Shown here in pieces: positions 55,878 to 63,673 of a stretch of DNA of 64,000 nt. The notes beneath the pieces were generated by a model, which searched no databases, was not told the origin of the DNA, and worked only from the letters and a program-made list of their open reading frames with translations. Position 1 is the stretch's first letter. Every line of letters begins with the position of its first letter. Source of the DNA: Escherichia phage FL38; the sequence record PP400784. One strand, given 5' to 3'. The translations under genes were made by a program, and so were the position numbers.

Positions 55878-56351
55878 CTATCTTAATCTTTGTATGAATT
55901 GTTTCTTATACTTCTTCGTGATTTCTTCTCGTGTATCAGCGTCGCAGTAATCGAAACCTTCTGCGTCCATAATATCAACCATCTCCGCGCGTGTCAAGCG
56001 TGAAAATCGTTTTACTTTATCAACAGCATATTGAGGATGTAAATGATTGTTGGTGTAGTCTCCTTTGATGTAATTAACATAGTTTGTAGCCCAAACAACG
56101 AAATCAGCACCTAAAGCACCAACACCAAACCGTTTAAAGTCTCCGGTCAACGATCCTTCTAGGCGGTTGCAACACGAATGAAGCAATCCCCTTACGCGGC
56201 CTTGCCCTTTCCCATCTAGATCGTGGTCGTGGTCAAGATGGTTTTTGCTCATATCCTCAAAAAGTGGCAATTGACAAAGGGGGCAAATGCCCCCCTGTTT
56301 TTCGAATAGTTCTTGTTTGTACTCTTTAGCACTCTTAGCAGTCAGTAACAT
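55878..56351 (-). CDS. 49: endonuclease VII (gp49), Holliday-junction resolvase
   Basis: Match to remembered T4 endo VII (C.LCQ, NHLDHDH.L.G...G.VRGLL, Y...N..HP, TR.EM); start set to ATG 56351 after GGAGGGTGA. Confidence 0.85.
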   Translation of the reverse strand: MLLTAKSAKEYKQELFEKQGGICPLCQLPLFEDMSKNHLDHDHDLDGKGQGRVRGLLHSCCNRLEGSLTGDFKRFGVGALGADFVVWATNYVNYIKGDYTNNHLHPQYAVDKVKRFSRLTRAEMVDIMDAEGFDYCDADTREEITKKYKKQFIQRLR

Positions 56352-56375
56352 AAATTCACCCTCCAAAGAAGGTAT

Positions 56376-56657
56376 TTAACCATTAATCTTGTTTTTGACT
56401 ACAAAGGATCGGAACTCATCAAAGCCACCGATATAATCACCATCATAGAAAATCTGCGGCATGGTGGCAATAACTTCTACCCCTGCGCGATCCTGAATAT
56501 CGGCAATGATAGAATCAATCTTTACCGGACGACCGTTTTCGTCCACACCATCATTAACCGGAATGTAGATGTAAGGGATCTTACGCGATTCACAAAGGCG
56601 CTTTGCATTCTGGCAATACTTACAGTTGTAACCTTCAAAACCAAAAATTTCTACCAT
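56376..56657 (-). CDS. nrdC: thioredoxin/glutaredoxin NrdC
   Basis: CKYC redox motif near the N-terminus (T4 NrdC has CVYC); about 93 aa; start set to ATG 56657 after GAGGT. Confidence 0.65.
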   Translation of the reverse strand: MVEIFGFEGYNCKYCQNAKRLCESRKIPYIYIPVNDGVDENGRPVKIDSIIADIQDRAGVEVIATMPQIFYDGDYIGGFDEFRSFVVKNKING

Positions 56658-56665
56658 GTTATACC

Positions 56666-57478
56666 TCAATCTACGTTAGTTACATAAACTTCTTGTGTAT
56701 CAGAAGACTTGCCACCTGAACGATCTAGGCAATAGGTCTTATTCAACAGGACGCAGTTTAAATCATTCCGCTTGATAAAGTCAAGAAGATGATCATTTAC
56801 CTTTCCCTTATGATGTGTGACATTACTGATACCAAACTGAAAACCACGCGCCATAATAGATTCTACCCACTGATAGAATTTAATCTCTTCCTCGTCACTC
56901 CAGAACTTATTATATTCCGCAGAAGTGATAAGGTACGGCGGGTCCAAATAAACGAAATCACCCGGCAAGATCTCGATCTCGTCATAACGACCAGACGTAA
57001 AACTGATTCGACCGTCTTTGTTTTCTTCCTTAAAATTCAGGACACGCTCTACCGCGTTTTCGTTAAAAGTCCGGCGACCAAAATTAGCATTAAATTCGCC
57101 CTTCCGGTTATGACGGTTAATGTTGCTAAAACTATGCTGAATCAACACAAACAGCGATAGCGGATCTGGATTCTCGTTATACTTCTTGCGGAATGCCATA
57201 TAAGAATCTTTATCATCACGAGACAAACCATTTTCGGCAATAATCCTCTTGATCATAAAAACCGGATCAGGACACTCATCAATGGCCTTGTAAGCGTCAA
57301 TTAAGCGGTGATCATAGTCATTAGCCAGCACATCCCCTTCGACGTACAGAGACACGCTCAAGCCACCACAAAAGGCATCGACAAAGCGGTTATAGTGCTT
57401 AGGGAAATACTTACTAACACCAGGCAATAACTTTTCCTTATTGCCCGTATAGGGAATTAAACCTAATGCTTTCTTCAT
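56666..57478 (-). CDS. dam: DNA adenine methyltransferase (Dam, GATC-specific N6-adenine MTase)
   Basis: 270 aa; SAM motif DAFCGGLS and catalytic DPPY (YLDPPYL) in Dam order; T4 Dam is of similar size. Confidence 0.8.
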   Translation of the reverse strand: MKKALGLIPYTGNKEKLLPGVSKYFPKHYNRFVDAFCGGLSVSLYVEGDVLANDYDHRLIDAYKAIDECPDPVFMIKRIIAENGLSRDDKDSYMAFRKKYNENPDPLSLFVLIQHSFSNINRHNRKGEFNANFGRRTFNENAVERVLNFKEENKDGRISFTSGRYDEIEILPGDFVYLDPPYLITSAEYNKFWSDEEEIKFYQWVESIMARGFQFGISNVTHHKGKVNDHLLDFIKRNDLNCVLLNKTYCLDRSGGKSSDTQEVYVTNVD

Positions 57479-57912
57479 TATCCCTTCCTCAAATAAGTTC
57501 TTTCAATTTCTACCAGTTCGAAAAATTCTTCCCAATCACACGGAAAATTGCAGTTTCCAAAATGGTCTTCATTGTAAAGTTCTTTACCGGATGGCAACTT
57601 AATATCTGTTACAGTATACCAACCGCAACAATCGCAATCACCCTCAGCAACAGAAACTTTCGTAGGAATTTGCATCATTGCAAGATACAAAGGCACGTCG
57701 GACTGTTCAAAGATCATGTAACCTTCATGGTCAAACGAAACAAAATTATCATCACCCAAAAAAGGGATATAGTGGTCATAGTCAGTAACAGGTTGACCGT
57801 GTAATTCCCATTCTACAATATTAATCTTACCGCTAAAAGTGATACCCATCATATCAACCATAAAATGGGTATCATCGATGTAAATCTTACTAGGAGTTGG
57901 ATAAACCATCAT
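57478..57912 (-). CDS. cysteine-rich hypothetical protein, 144 aa
   Basis: CDCCGW...CNFPCDW cluster suggests metal binding. Confidence 0.35.
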   Translation of the reverse strand: MMVYPTPSKIYIDDTHFMVDMMGITFSGKINIVEWELHGQPVTDYDHYIPFLGDDNFVSFDHEGYMIFEQSDVPLYLAMMQIPTKVSVAEGDCDCCGWYTVTDIKLPSGKELYNEDHFGNCNFPCDWEEFFELVEIERTYLRKG

Positions 57913-57919
57913 ATAATCC

Positions 57920-58216
57920 TCATATCTCAGAGAATAGAATCTCTGTTAATCGTACTGACTGCTCTCTGAATGTTAGCGTATACTCGAAAGGAAAGTCAAC
58001 ACCTAATTTCATAAGAGAATAGCCTACCGCCTCTTTATGCTTGTCTGTTAGGGCAATCCTAACCAATTCCCGTTGAATCTCTTTAGGCGGTGAATGGATA
58101 GTAACACGGGTATCGTGCAATGTCCAGTCACCATTACGAATCAAGATTAACGGTTTATCGTCATTGAAGATCACCGACCCCTTTCCGGTCGGTGAGTGTT
58201 TTATACTAATCATCAA
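57920..58216 (-). CDS. hypothetical protein, 98 aa
   Basis: Track ORF. Confidence 0.35.
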   Translation of the reverse strand: MMISIKHSPTGKGSVIFNDDKPLILIRNGDWTLHDTRVTIHSPPKEIQRELVRIALTDKHKEAVGYSLMKLGVDFPFEYTLTFREQSVRLTEILFSEI

Positions 58217-58427
58217 ACTCTAAGAAATATTCTGGAACGATATACCCGTTAAAGTCATTGCACTTATAAAAGTGTGGTGCATTTAATGCTGGATGAGCAT
58301 TAGTAAAGAGTTTACCCTCTAGAAACAGAATGTAATTAATAGGTCTAATACCTACAGAATCAGGGTCTAAACCTTTTTCTTTCAGTTCAGCCAGCGTTAA
58401 AACTCGTCCAGATCGTAACTTAGCCAT
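58206..58427 (-). CDS. hypothetical protein, 73 aa
   Basis: Track ORF. Confidence 0.3.
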   Translation of the reverse strand: MAKLRSGRVLTLAELKEKGLDPDSVGIRPINYILFLEGKLFTNAHPALNAPHFYKCNDFNGYIVPEYFLEFDD

Positions 58428-58713
58428 GATTTACCCCTAATTCATCAAGATTATGTCTCAGCATTTCAGAGTATTTTTCTACTTCCTTGATCTTAGTGTG
58501 GATCTCCACGATCTCATCTTCACTATCAGATAGTTTAATGGCAATAGCGAGCGTGCTTTTACCAGCTTTCATAGTCTCTTTCCGTTCAACCAATAGATCC
58601 GCGTGTTTCAATAGCAATTCTTCACGTCGAACATAAGCGACGGTCAAAGCCTCATCAGCGATTTCTAAAGCATTTTCAGCGACACCAACAACCATTTTAC
58701 GAGTAGACAGCAT
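58420..58713 (-). CDS. hypothetical protein, 97 aa
   Basis: Track ORF. Confidence 0.35.
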   Translation of the reverse strand: MLSTRKMVVGVAENALEIADEALTVAYVRREELLLKHADLLVERKETMKAGKSTLAIAIKLSDSEDEIVEIHTKIKEVEKYSEMLRHNLDELGVNHG

Positions 58714-58727
58714 AAATTCACCTCACA

Positions 58728-59036
58728 TTATTTCACGTTAACGCCGTTATCAATCCAGCCGACGCTATTTGGTTTAACAGTTTTACCATAGGATGCATAC
58801 TTAATCAAGCATGGTTTAACATCATTATCAAATCTTCCTAAACGTACTCCCAAATCAGGAATATCCATGTATGCGGCTTTATATCCCCATGTACCGTATT
58901 CAGAATCAATCTCAACCGGACGGCCTTTAAAAGCATACACTACACCGTGACGGTCAACGATAACATAGCGATAGCCAGCCGGAAGATACACAGTTTCGCC
59001 GTAAACTTTAACTGGAGTAGCAGAAGAGATAAACAT
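58728..59036 (-). CDS. hypothetical protein, 102 aa
   Basis: ATG 59036 after GAGGATTATATT; own promoter. Confidence 0.4.
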   Translation of the reverse strand: MFISSATPVKVYGETVYLPAGYRYVIVDRHGVVYAFKGRPVEIDSEYGTWGYKAAYMDIPDLGVRLGRFDNDVKPCLIKYASYGKTVKPNSVGWIDNGVNVK

Positions 59037-59070
59037 AATATAATCCTCACATCGTTCATTTGATGCGGTT

Positions 59071-59099
59071 ATTATATGATAACCGCATTTTCATGTCAA
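59071..59099 (-). promoter_or_regulatory. early promoter TTGACA-N17-TATAAT with inverted repeat GCGGTTAT/ATAACCGC around the -10
   Basis: Drives 58728..59036. Confidence 0.6.
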
Positions 59100-59105
59100 C
59101 AGTTT

Positions 59106-59480
59106 TTAAAAATCTTCTTCCGGTTTATATCGACCGTCGTCTTCTTGTTTTGGAGTAAATCCTTTATGCGTGCGCGGCTTCGCTTCCGGTTTACCCGCGA
59201 TCGATAGTCCAAGCCATTTAAGAAGTTTGTATGAGTAAGCGATGATCACAACTACCCACGTTAAAGGCCATACAATAGAACAAATGGCATATGCTCCAGT
59301 ATCGACCGCTTTGGTGTCCTTGTCGAATCTGGCGTATAAGCAAATTATAAGATAGGTGATCATTGCACCAGTAGGCCAGATATAAAGCACATTAACAATA
59401 TCTTGTGTTGTCAAATTGTCCTCCTTACATGTCTTGCAGTGCATAAAAGCATTTTTCTTCGTAGTCATAGAAAATGTCAA
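59106..59480 (-). CDS. small membrane protein, up to 124 aa
   Basis: Long hydrophobic segments; true start probably internal because the 5' part overlaps the upstream gene. Confidence 0.35.
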   Translation of the reverse strand: MTFSMTTKKNAFMHCKTCKEDNLTTQDIVNVLYIWPTGAMITYLIICLYARFDKDTKAVDTGAYAICSIVWPLTWVVVIIAYSYKLLKWLGLSIAGKPEAKPRTHKGFTPKQEDDGRYKPEEDF

Positions 59481-59703
59481 AGTATGCTTTTTCTACATAC
59501 TCGCCATTGATCCAAGCGGCAGTAACAATCAGAGTGGTCCAGGTAGATCCGCTCTCAACGGTAAAGGTTTTAATACCCAGCTTCGCTGCCAAGTCGAACG
59601 CAAACCGGACGCAACCACGACAGGAAGTGATGTTGGAAGTTTTGATTTTAAAGCCACCGCGAGTTTTAGAAATTTCTACTTTAGCGAAAGACAGGTTGCT
59701 CAT
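59425..59703 (-). CDS. hypothetical protein, 92 aa
   Basis: Start set to ATG 59703 after AAGGAGAATCAAA; the track ORF begins at GTG inside the promoter. Confidence 0.4.
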   Translation of the reverse strand: MSNLSFAKVEISKTRGGFKIKTSNITSCRGCVRFAFDLAAKLGIKTFTVESGSTWTTLIVTAAWINGEYVEKAYFDIFYDYEEKCFYALQDM

Positions 59704-59745
59704 TTTGATTCTCCTTAAGAAAGTGTGTTTCGTTTTGATGTGTGT

Positions 59746-59774
59746 AGTATAGGGGATCACCGATCCCCTGTCAA
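59746..59774 (-). promoter_or_regulatory. early promoter TTGACA-[GGGGATC-ACC-GATCCCC]-TATACT, palindromic spacer with two GATC sites
   Basis: Palindrome at 59752-59768; near-identical to the cassette at 11534-11562. Confidence 0.6.
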
Positions 59775-59790
59775 CAACTTTTTTATGATT

Positions 59791-60045
59791 TTAGTGAATT
59801 AACTCTACACCAAAATGAGGCACAGAGAACGCCTTACAAAACACATATTCATCATGTTTAGGAATCGCCCCTAACCGCTCTATTTCGCTCGCTAACACTA
59901 TAAACTGTTTATCTGGTGCATATGCCTTGCGTGCTTCAACAACGCACGGAAAACGCGTTTTAGAGAGTTCTGGATAGTTTTCCGAATCCAGCAGGACAAT
60001 GAATACCCTGTTACATTGATTGTAGAATCCTGTTTTTGATTTCAT
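59791..60045 (-). CDS. hypothetical protein, about 84 aa
   Basis: Start moved to ATG 60045 (GAGAGGAAA upstream). Confidence 0.35.
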   Translation of the reverse strand: MKSKTGFYNQCNRVFIVLLDSENYPELSKTRFPCVVEARKAYAPDKQFIVLASEIERLGAIPKHDEYVFCKAFSVPHFGVELIH

Positions 60046-60349
60046 CAAGTTTTCCTCTCAGTACAATTCGTGAAATCTTCCCTTCATGATTTCGTTGGTT
60101 CTTGTCTTCACAGTTTACCCATTCAACAAGGTCTTTACCTAACTCGAAAGCCCATTCTCGGTCCTGCTTTACGTTTTGTAGGTATGGACTTTCTGACACT
60201 CTACGAAGTGATGTTGTCGTAACAAGAATGATCCCAGGAATGGTCGGATGTTCCTTGCCATATACAATAGGACGCGAGTCACTATCAATACCTTGTAAGA
60301 AGGTGTATCCTGAATCACTTAGAATCATATACTTTTTCATTTCACACAT
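60011..60349 (-). CDS. hypothetical protein, about 112 aa
   Basis: Start moved to ATG 60349 (GAGGAAA upstream), overlapping the upstream stop. Confidence 0.35.
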   Translation of the reverse strand: MCEMKKYMILSDSGYTFLQGIDSDSRPIVYGKEHPTIPGIILVTTTSLRRVSESPYLQNVKQDREWAFELGKDLVEWVNCEDKNQRNHEGKISRIVLRGKLDEIKNRILQSM

Positions 60350-60606
60350 CACAGTTTCCTCAACCAGTTATTCAAGCGAGTAAACCATGATGCTTTTCGT
60401 GCTTCTTTTACTTTATGTGCACGTAAACCACTGAAACACCATTCATAATCATCACTGAAACATGATTCAACAGGAACACCCGCATTTCGTAGTTCTCTGG
60501 TCTTTATCATGAATCCTTGACATAAGGGGCGACCTTCAACAATGATAGGAAGTTTAACTTTTTCCATGAAAGTATACCCAGCACGGTCAATAATTTCAAT
60601 TTTCAT
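60349..60606 (-). CDS. hypothetical protein, 85 aa
   Basis: Track ORF. Confidence 0.35.
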   Translation of the reverse strand: MKIEIIDRAGYTFMEKVKLPIIVEGRPLCQGFMIKTRELRNAGVPVESCFSDDYEWCFSGLRAHKVKEARKASWFTRLNNWLRKL

Positions 60607-60850
60607 TTACATTATCTCCATAGATCTTTCCAGCAATATCAATTTCACCAGCGCGAACATCTAGGATAAGATGCGGTAGGTGTATGCAGTTTTCCCACCC
60701 CACTCGCTTCATTTCTTCTACGGTAATATAAGCCCACCCGTTCGCTGTAATAAAGTCTACTTCAACCTTGAGAGGAAAGCAAGACTTTTCTATGTCTTCG
60801 AATCCGATAATGTGTTTTGTCGTTGAATATGGAATATATCCGGTGATCAT
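60596..60850 (-). CDS. hypothetical protein, 84 aa
   Basis: Track ORF. Confidence 0.35.
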   Translation of the reverse strand: MITGYIPYSTTKHIIGFEDIEKSCFPLKVEVDFITANGWAYITVEEMKRVGWENCIHLPHLILDVRAGEIDIAGKIYGDNVNEN

Positions 60851-61308
60851 TTTGTGATCTCCTTATACTCAACACACCATAAGCGGGTAGCCCATGATAA
60901 ACGCTCATAACGCTGGCAGAAATCGGACCATAGATATTGTGCACCGTTCGGCATAGTTGAAATATGCGTTTTCTCTCCAACTTTCACGAAAGAAGTATTC
61001 GATTTTGTGATCTCGACCGGAGTATATCCGAAAGCGGGTTCCAAGCCAACATCTGAACTAAATGCCAATTTAACAGAATTTGTTTTTCTGACCGCTGTCC
61101 GGTTTCCTTCTGGGTATAGCACAGCAGGTTTAGCGCCTAAGCGGATAAACTCAGTGTTTTTAATAAACAGAATATCATGATAACCGTCATATTCCGACAC
61201 TTCCATAGTAACAGGAAAATCGACATGTGCTAAACCTGGTAGATCTCGCATATCATGAAAGGTCGCCATCAACTTTTTCATTCTATATTCCTCACTCTTC
61301 TGTTTCAT
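60847..61308 (-). CDS. hypothetical protein, 153 aa
   Basis: Track ORF. Confidence 0.35.
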   Translation of the reverse strand: MKQKSEEYRMKKLMATFHDMRDLPGLAHVDFPVTMEVSEYDGYHDILFIKNTEFIRLGAKPAVLYPEGNRTAVRKTNSVKLAFSSDVGLEPAFGYTPVEITKSNTSFVKVGEKTHISTMPNGAQYLWSDFCQRYERLSWATRLWCVEYKEITK

Positions 61309-61528
61309 TTCTTTTATATGGTACTATAACCGGATTAATACAGCAAGCACCAATTACGTTATGAGCACCACAATTTAAGCATTTATAATCATGGAACTTA
61401 TTAAGGAATCGCCCGAACTCATAACCGACTAGCGCCGCATGTACTTGAGTCTCGATCTCATCCATATCAGCCAATGTTTTAACCTTCATAATATAATCCT
61501 CAAATTGTAGTTTTGCGAAGATGGTCAT
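61292..61528 (-). CDS. hypothetical Cys-containing protein, up to 78 aa
   Basis: CLNCGAHNVIGACC; start may be an internal ATG. Confidence 0.3.
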   Translation of the reverse strand: MTIFAKLQFEDYIMKVKTLADMDEIETQVHAALVGYEFGRFLNKFHDYKCLNCGAHNVIGACCINPVIVPYKRNETEE

Positions 61529-61790
61529 TACATGCTTTTAATGCATCGGTCGCGGTGTCATAGCGAGTATTATCATAGCACCAATAACCATCTGTCAACT
61601 GATAAATTAATCCATCCTTTTTAGCTTCGATGAAAGATAACTCTTTGAAAGTTTCTACTTTCTTTGCTGATAATCCACGGTCACGGCGCTTATAGAGTTT
61701 AGCCAAAATGCGTTCAGCTTGTTCCTCTTTATCACCAGACAGATCCCAGATGATGTTTCGGATATGCTTGATTAATTGTTCAGTGGTCAT
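61500..61790 (-). CDS. hypothetical protein, 96 aa
   Basis: ATG 61790 after AAGGAGAATCAAAG; own promoter. Confidence 0.4.
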   Translation of the reverse strand: MTTEQLIKHIRNIIWDLSGDKEEQAERILAKLYKRRDRGLSAKKVETFKELSFIEAKKDGLIYQLTDGYWCYDNTRYDTATDALKACNDHLRKTTI

Positions 61791-61819
61791 CTTTGATTCT
61801 CCTTAGTTGGTATGCGTGC

Positions 61820-61847
61820 ATTATAGCATTGTGATTATCTTTGTCAA
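61820..61847 (-). promoter_or_regulatory. early promoter TTGACA-N16-TATAAT
   Basis: Drives 61500..61790. Confidence 0.6.
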
Positions 61848-61852
61848 CACCC

Positions 61853-61884
61853 AAAAACAAAAAAGGCTACCCCGAAGGATAGCC
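61853..61884 (-). terminator. strong rho-independent terminator after the gp38-like gene
   Basis: 8-bp stem GGCUAUCC/GGGUAGCC with UUCG tetraloop followed by UUUUUUGUUUUU. Confidence 0.85.
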
Positions 61885-61891
61885 CATAAAA

Positions 61892-62677
61892 TTACACGCG
61901 AGCACCGTAGATCGTGCCTACTTTATCCCAGCGAGGGGCATTACCAGTAACAGCTTTACCCGCAGCACCACCCGAGTGAACAGTTCCACCAGTACCACCT
62001 TTAATATATGAAGATTTGCCAGCAGCTCCCAAATCTCCACCATCTCCTCCATAATGAACCCCAGAAACAGTGCCTTTACCTGGGGCAGAAATTGTACCAG
62101 CAGATGCTGCCGCTGCGCCGCCTCCTGCCGCACCCGCAGCACCAAATGGACGGCCTCCACCGCCGCCAAATTTCATATCCATTTGAGGGAAAGGATTGTA
62201 TCTAGCACCAGCACCGCCACCACCGCCACCACCAATAATACCATTATTGTTTATTCTTAAACGAGTTCCAATTCCGTTATTTATTGCATTTCCTCCTGCT
62301 CCACCAGCAGAGTTACTTCCGCCATTTCCTCCACGACCTAATACATGAACACCAGAGTTAATAATGAGTGTTACATATTCGTTTGTCAGTGAGTTAGGGA
62401 AATCAAGACAAGGAACGCCAGTAGATTGGGAAACAATATTACCCGTGATAGTAATTACTACCGGAGTAGATCCTTGTGCTTTCATCCAGTTAATAAGAGT
62501 GTCTTTATTGTAAGAGTTACTAGCACCAATGCTATAATGAATCTCTTTAGAGCGTCCGACCATTGCCGACATATACGCCGGACGACCTAAGCGAACAGCT
62601 TGCATTGCGGCGCTCATCCACCGTTGACCAGTCTCGGACACAGCAGATGATCCTACCCATCCAGAAGATATTGCCAT
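61892..62677 (-). CDS. gp38-type glycine-rich adhesin-like protein (T2/S16-type receptor-recognising protein architecture), 261 aa
   Basis: ATG 62677 with GAGG upstream; N-terminus MAISSGWVGSSAVSETGQRWMS closely matches the remembered gp38 adhesin N-terminal domain (GWIGSSAVNETGQRWMS); C-terminal half is a series of poly-Gly motifs (GRGGNGGSNS, GGGGGGGAGA, GGGGGRPFG, GGDGGDLGAAG) between short variable segments. Confidence 0.65.
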   Translation of the reverse strand: MAISSGWVGSSAVSETGQRWMSAAMQAVRLGRPAYMSAMVGRSKEIHYSIGASNSYNKDTLINWMKAQGSTPVVITITGNIVSQSTGVPCLDFPNSLTNEYVTLIINSGVHVLGRGGNGGSNSAGGAGGNAINNGIGTRLRINNNGIIGGGGGGGAGARYNPFPQMDMKFGGGGGRPFGAAGAAGGGAAAASAGTISAPGKGTVSGVHYGGDGGDLGAAGKSSYIKGGTGGTVHSGGAAGKAVTGNAPRWDKVGTIYGARV

Positions 62678-62690
62678 AAAATTTCCTCAC

Positions 62691-62713
62691 AAGAAAAGCC
62701 CCAATTAAGGGGC
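62691..62713 (-). terminator. terminator-like hairpin upstream of the gp38-like gene
   Basis: GCCCC-uuaauu-GGGGC followed by UUUUCUU, 14 nt before the RBS. Confidence 0.6.
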
Positions 62714-62731
62714 ATTGATTGATAATATTAC

Positions 62732-62953
62732 TTAGATGACCTCTGCTTCACCATTCAGGAAGAAAGACCATGTTTTGTTAGGATAGCGAAGCGCCCATGA
62801 TTCAGCGGTTTTAACACCAGCTTCGAACAATTGACGGCTGGTTACTTTAGCCATACCATCTTCGATGGCAACGTTTTCAATAATCATCGGGTACTTAGCG
62901 CCACGCATGAAACCGAAGCCAGCGGAAGATTTGATAATTTTAACCGTTGCCAT
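62732..62953 (-). CDS. hypothetical protein, 73 aa
   Basis: ATG 62953 after AGGAGAATCAAAA; own promoter. Confidence 0.4.
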   Translation of the reverse strand: MATVKIIKSSAGFGFMRGAKYPMIIENVAIEDGMAKVTSRQLFEAGVKTAESWALRYPNKTWSFFLNGEAEVI

Positions 62954-62994
62954 TTTTGATTCTCCTAGAAAGTGTATCTCGTTTCGATGTGTGT

Positions 62995-63023
62995 ATTATG
63001 CAATAACACAGGATCGCTGTCAA
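62995..63023 (-). promoter_or_regulatory. early promoter TTGACA-N17-CATAAT
   Basis: Drives 62732..62953 and, by read-through, the gp38-like gene. Confidence 0.55.
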
Positions 63024-63041
63024 CACTTTCTAAGAAAAATT

Positions 63042-63326
63042 TTAAATTAATCGAATATAGCCCAGAATTTCAGCACTTTTAGCCAGATCTAAAACTTCCC
63101 AGTCAAGGTCGCCGTAGTCATAATTTGCAACCATCAACTGACCATTTTTCATGCAGCAATCATGGGAGAAAATTTGCCCCGCATAAACTACGATAGTGAT
63201 AAACTTTCCTGATTCTGGCGGTGTGGAAGACAAAGCGACCATATGACCATTCAGCTTAGTCACCAGTGATGGAACAATAAAATTCGGGCTTACCTTAATA
63301 CCGTTAACTTCGTTTGTGTCTTTCAT
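63042..63326 (-). CDS. hypothetical protein, 94 aa
   Basis: Track ORF. Confidence 0.35.
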   Translation of the reverse strand: MKDTNEVNGIKVSPNFIVPSLVTKLNGHMVALSSTPPESGKFITIVVYAGQIFSHDCCMKNGQLMVANYDYGDLDWEVLDLAKSAEILGYIRLI

Positions 63327-63673
63327 GCCAGACCTCGCAAAACACTAATAGCATAATCATGCTGGTTATTCATAATATCGATTGCATTGTGATAGCGAGC
63401 TAAACCATCAAGGATAAATTCTTGTTTATCCTGTTTCAGTTTGGTATCACGCGCAGCCATAAGAGCATCAAGAACAGGTCCAAAGTGATTATCTAATTCA
63501 TCTTCGGTTGCAATGTTTCCTATCGCCTCGTCGATCCGTGATTCTAATGCTTGCTTTTCGTTGATCACTTGCTGGGTATATTCCAACACATCAAGAATAT
63601 CGCGGGTAACGTCGCCATGATAAGGTATTCCCGCATGAAGGTGATCAATTAGTCGTTGAATGTCAATGTTCAT
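63323..63673 (-). CDS. hypothetical protein, 116 aa
   Basis: Track ORF. Confidence 0.35.
   Translation of the reverse strand: MNIDIQRLIDHLHAGIPYHGDVTRDILDVLEYTQQVINEKQALESRIDEAIGNIATEDELDNHFGPVLDALMAARDTKLKQDKQEFILDGLARYHNAIDIMNNQHDYAISVLRGLA

Noticed and set aside
61918-62169. Nested same-strand ORFs inside larger genes (for example 61918..62169 inside the gp38-like gene, 44302..44559 inside gene 55, 36810..37028 inside gene 44)
   Set aside because: Alternative frames of confidently assigned genes with no independent start signals.
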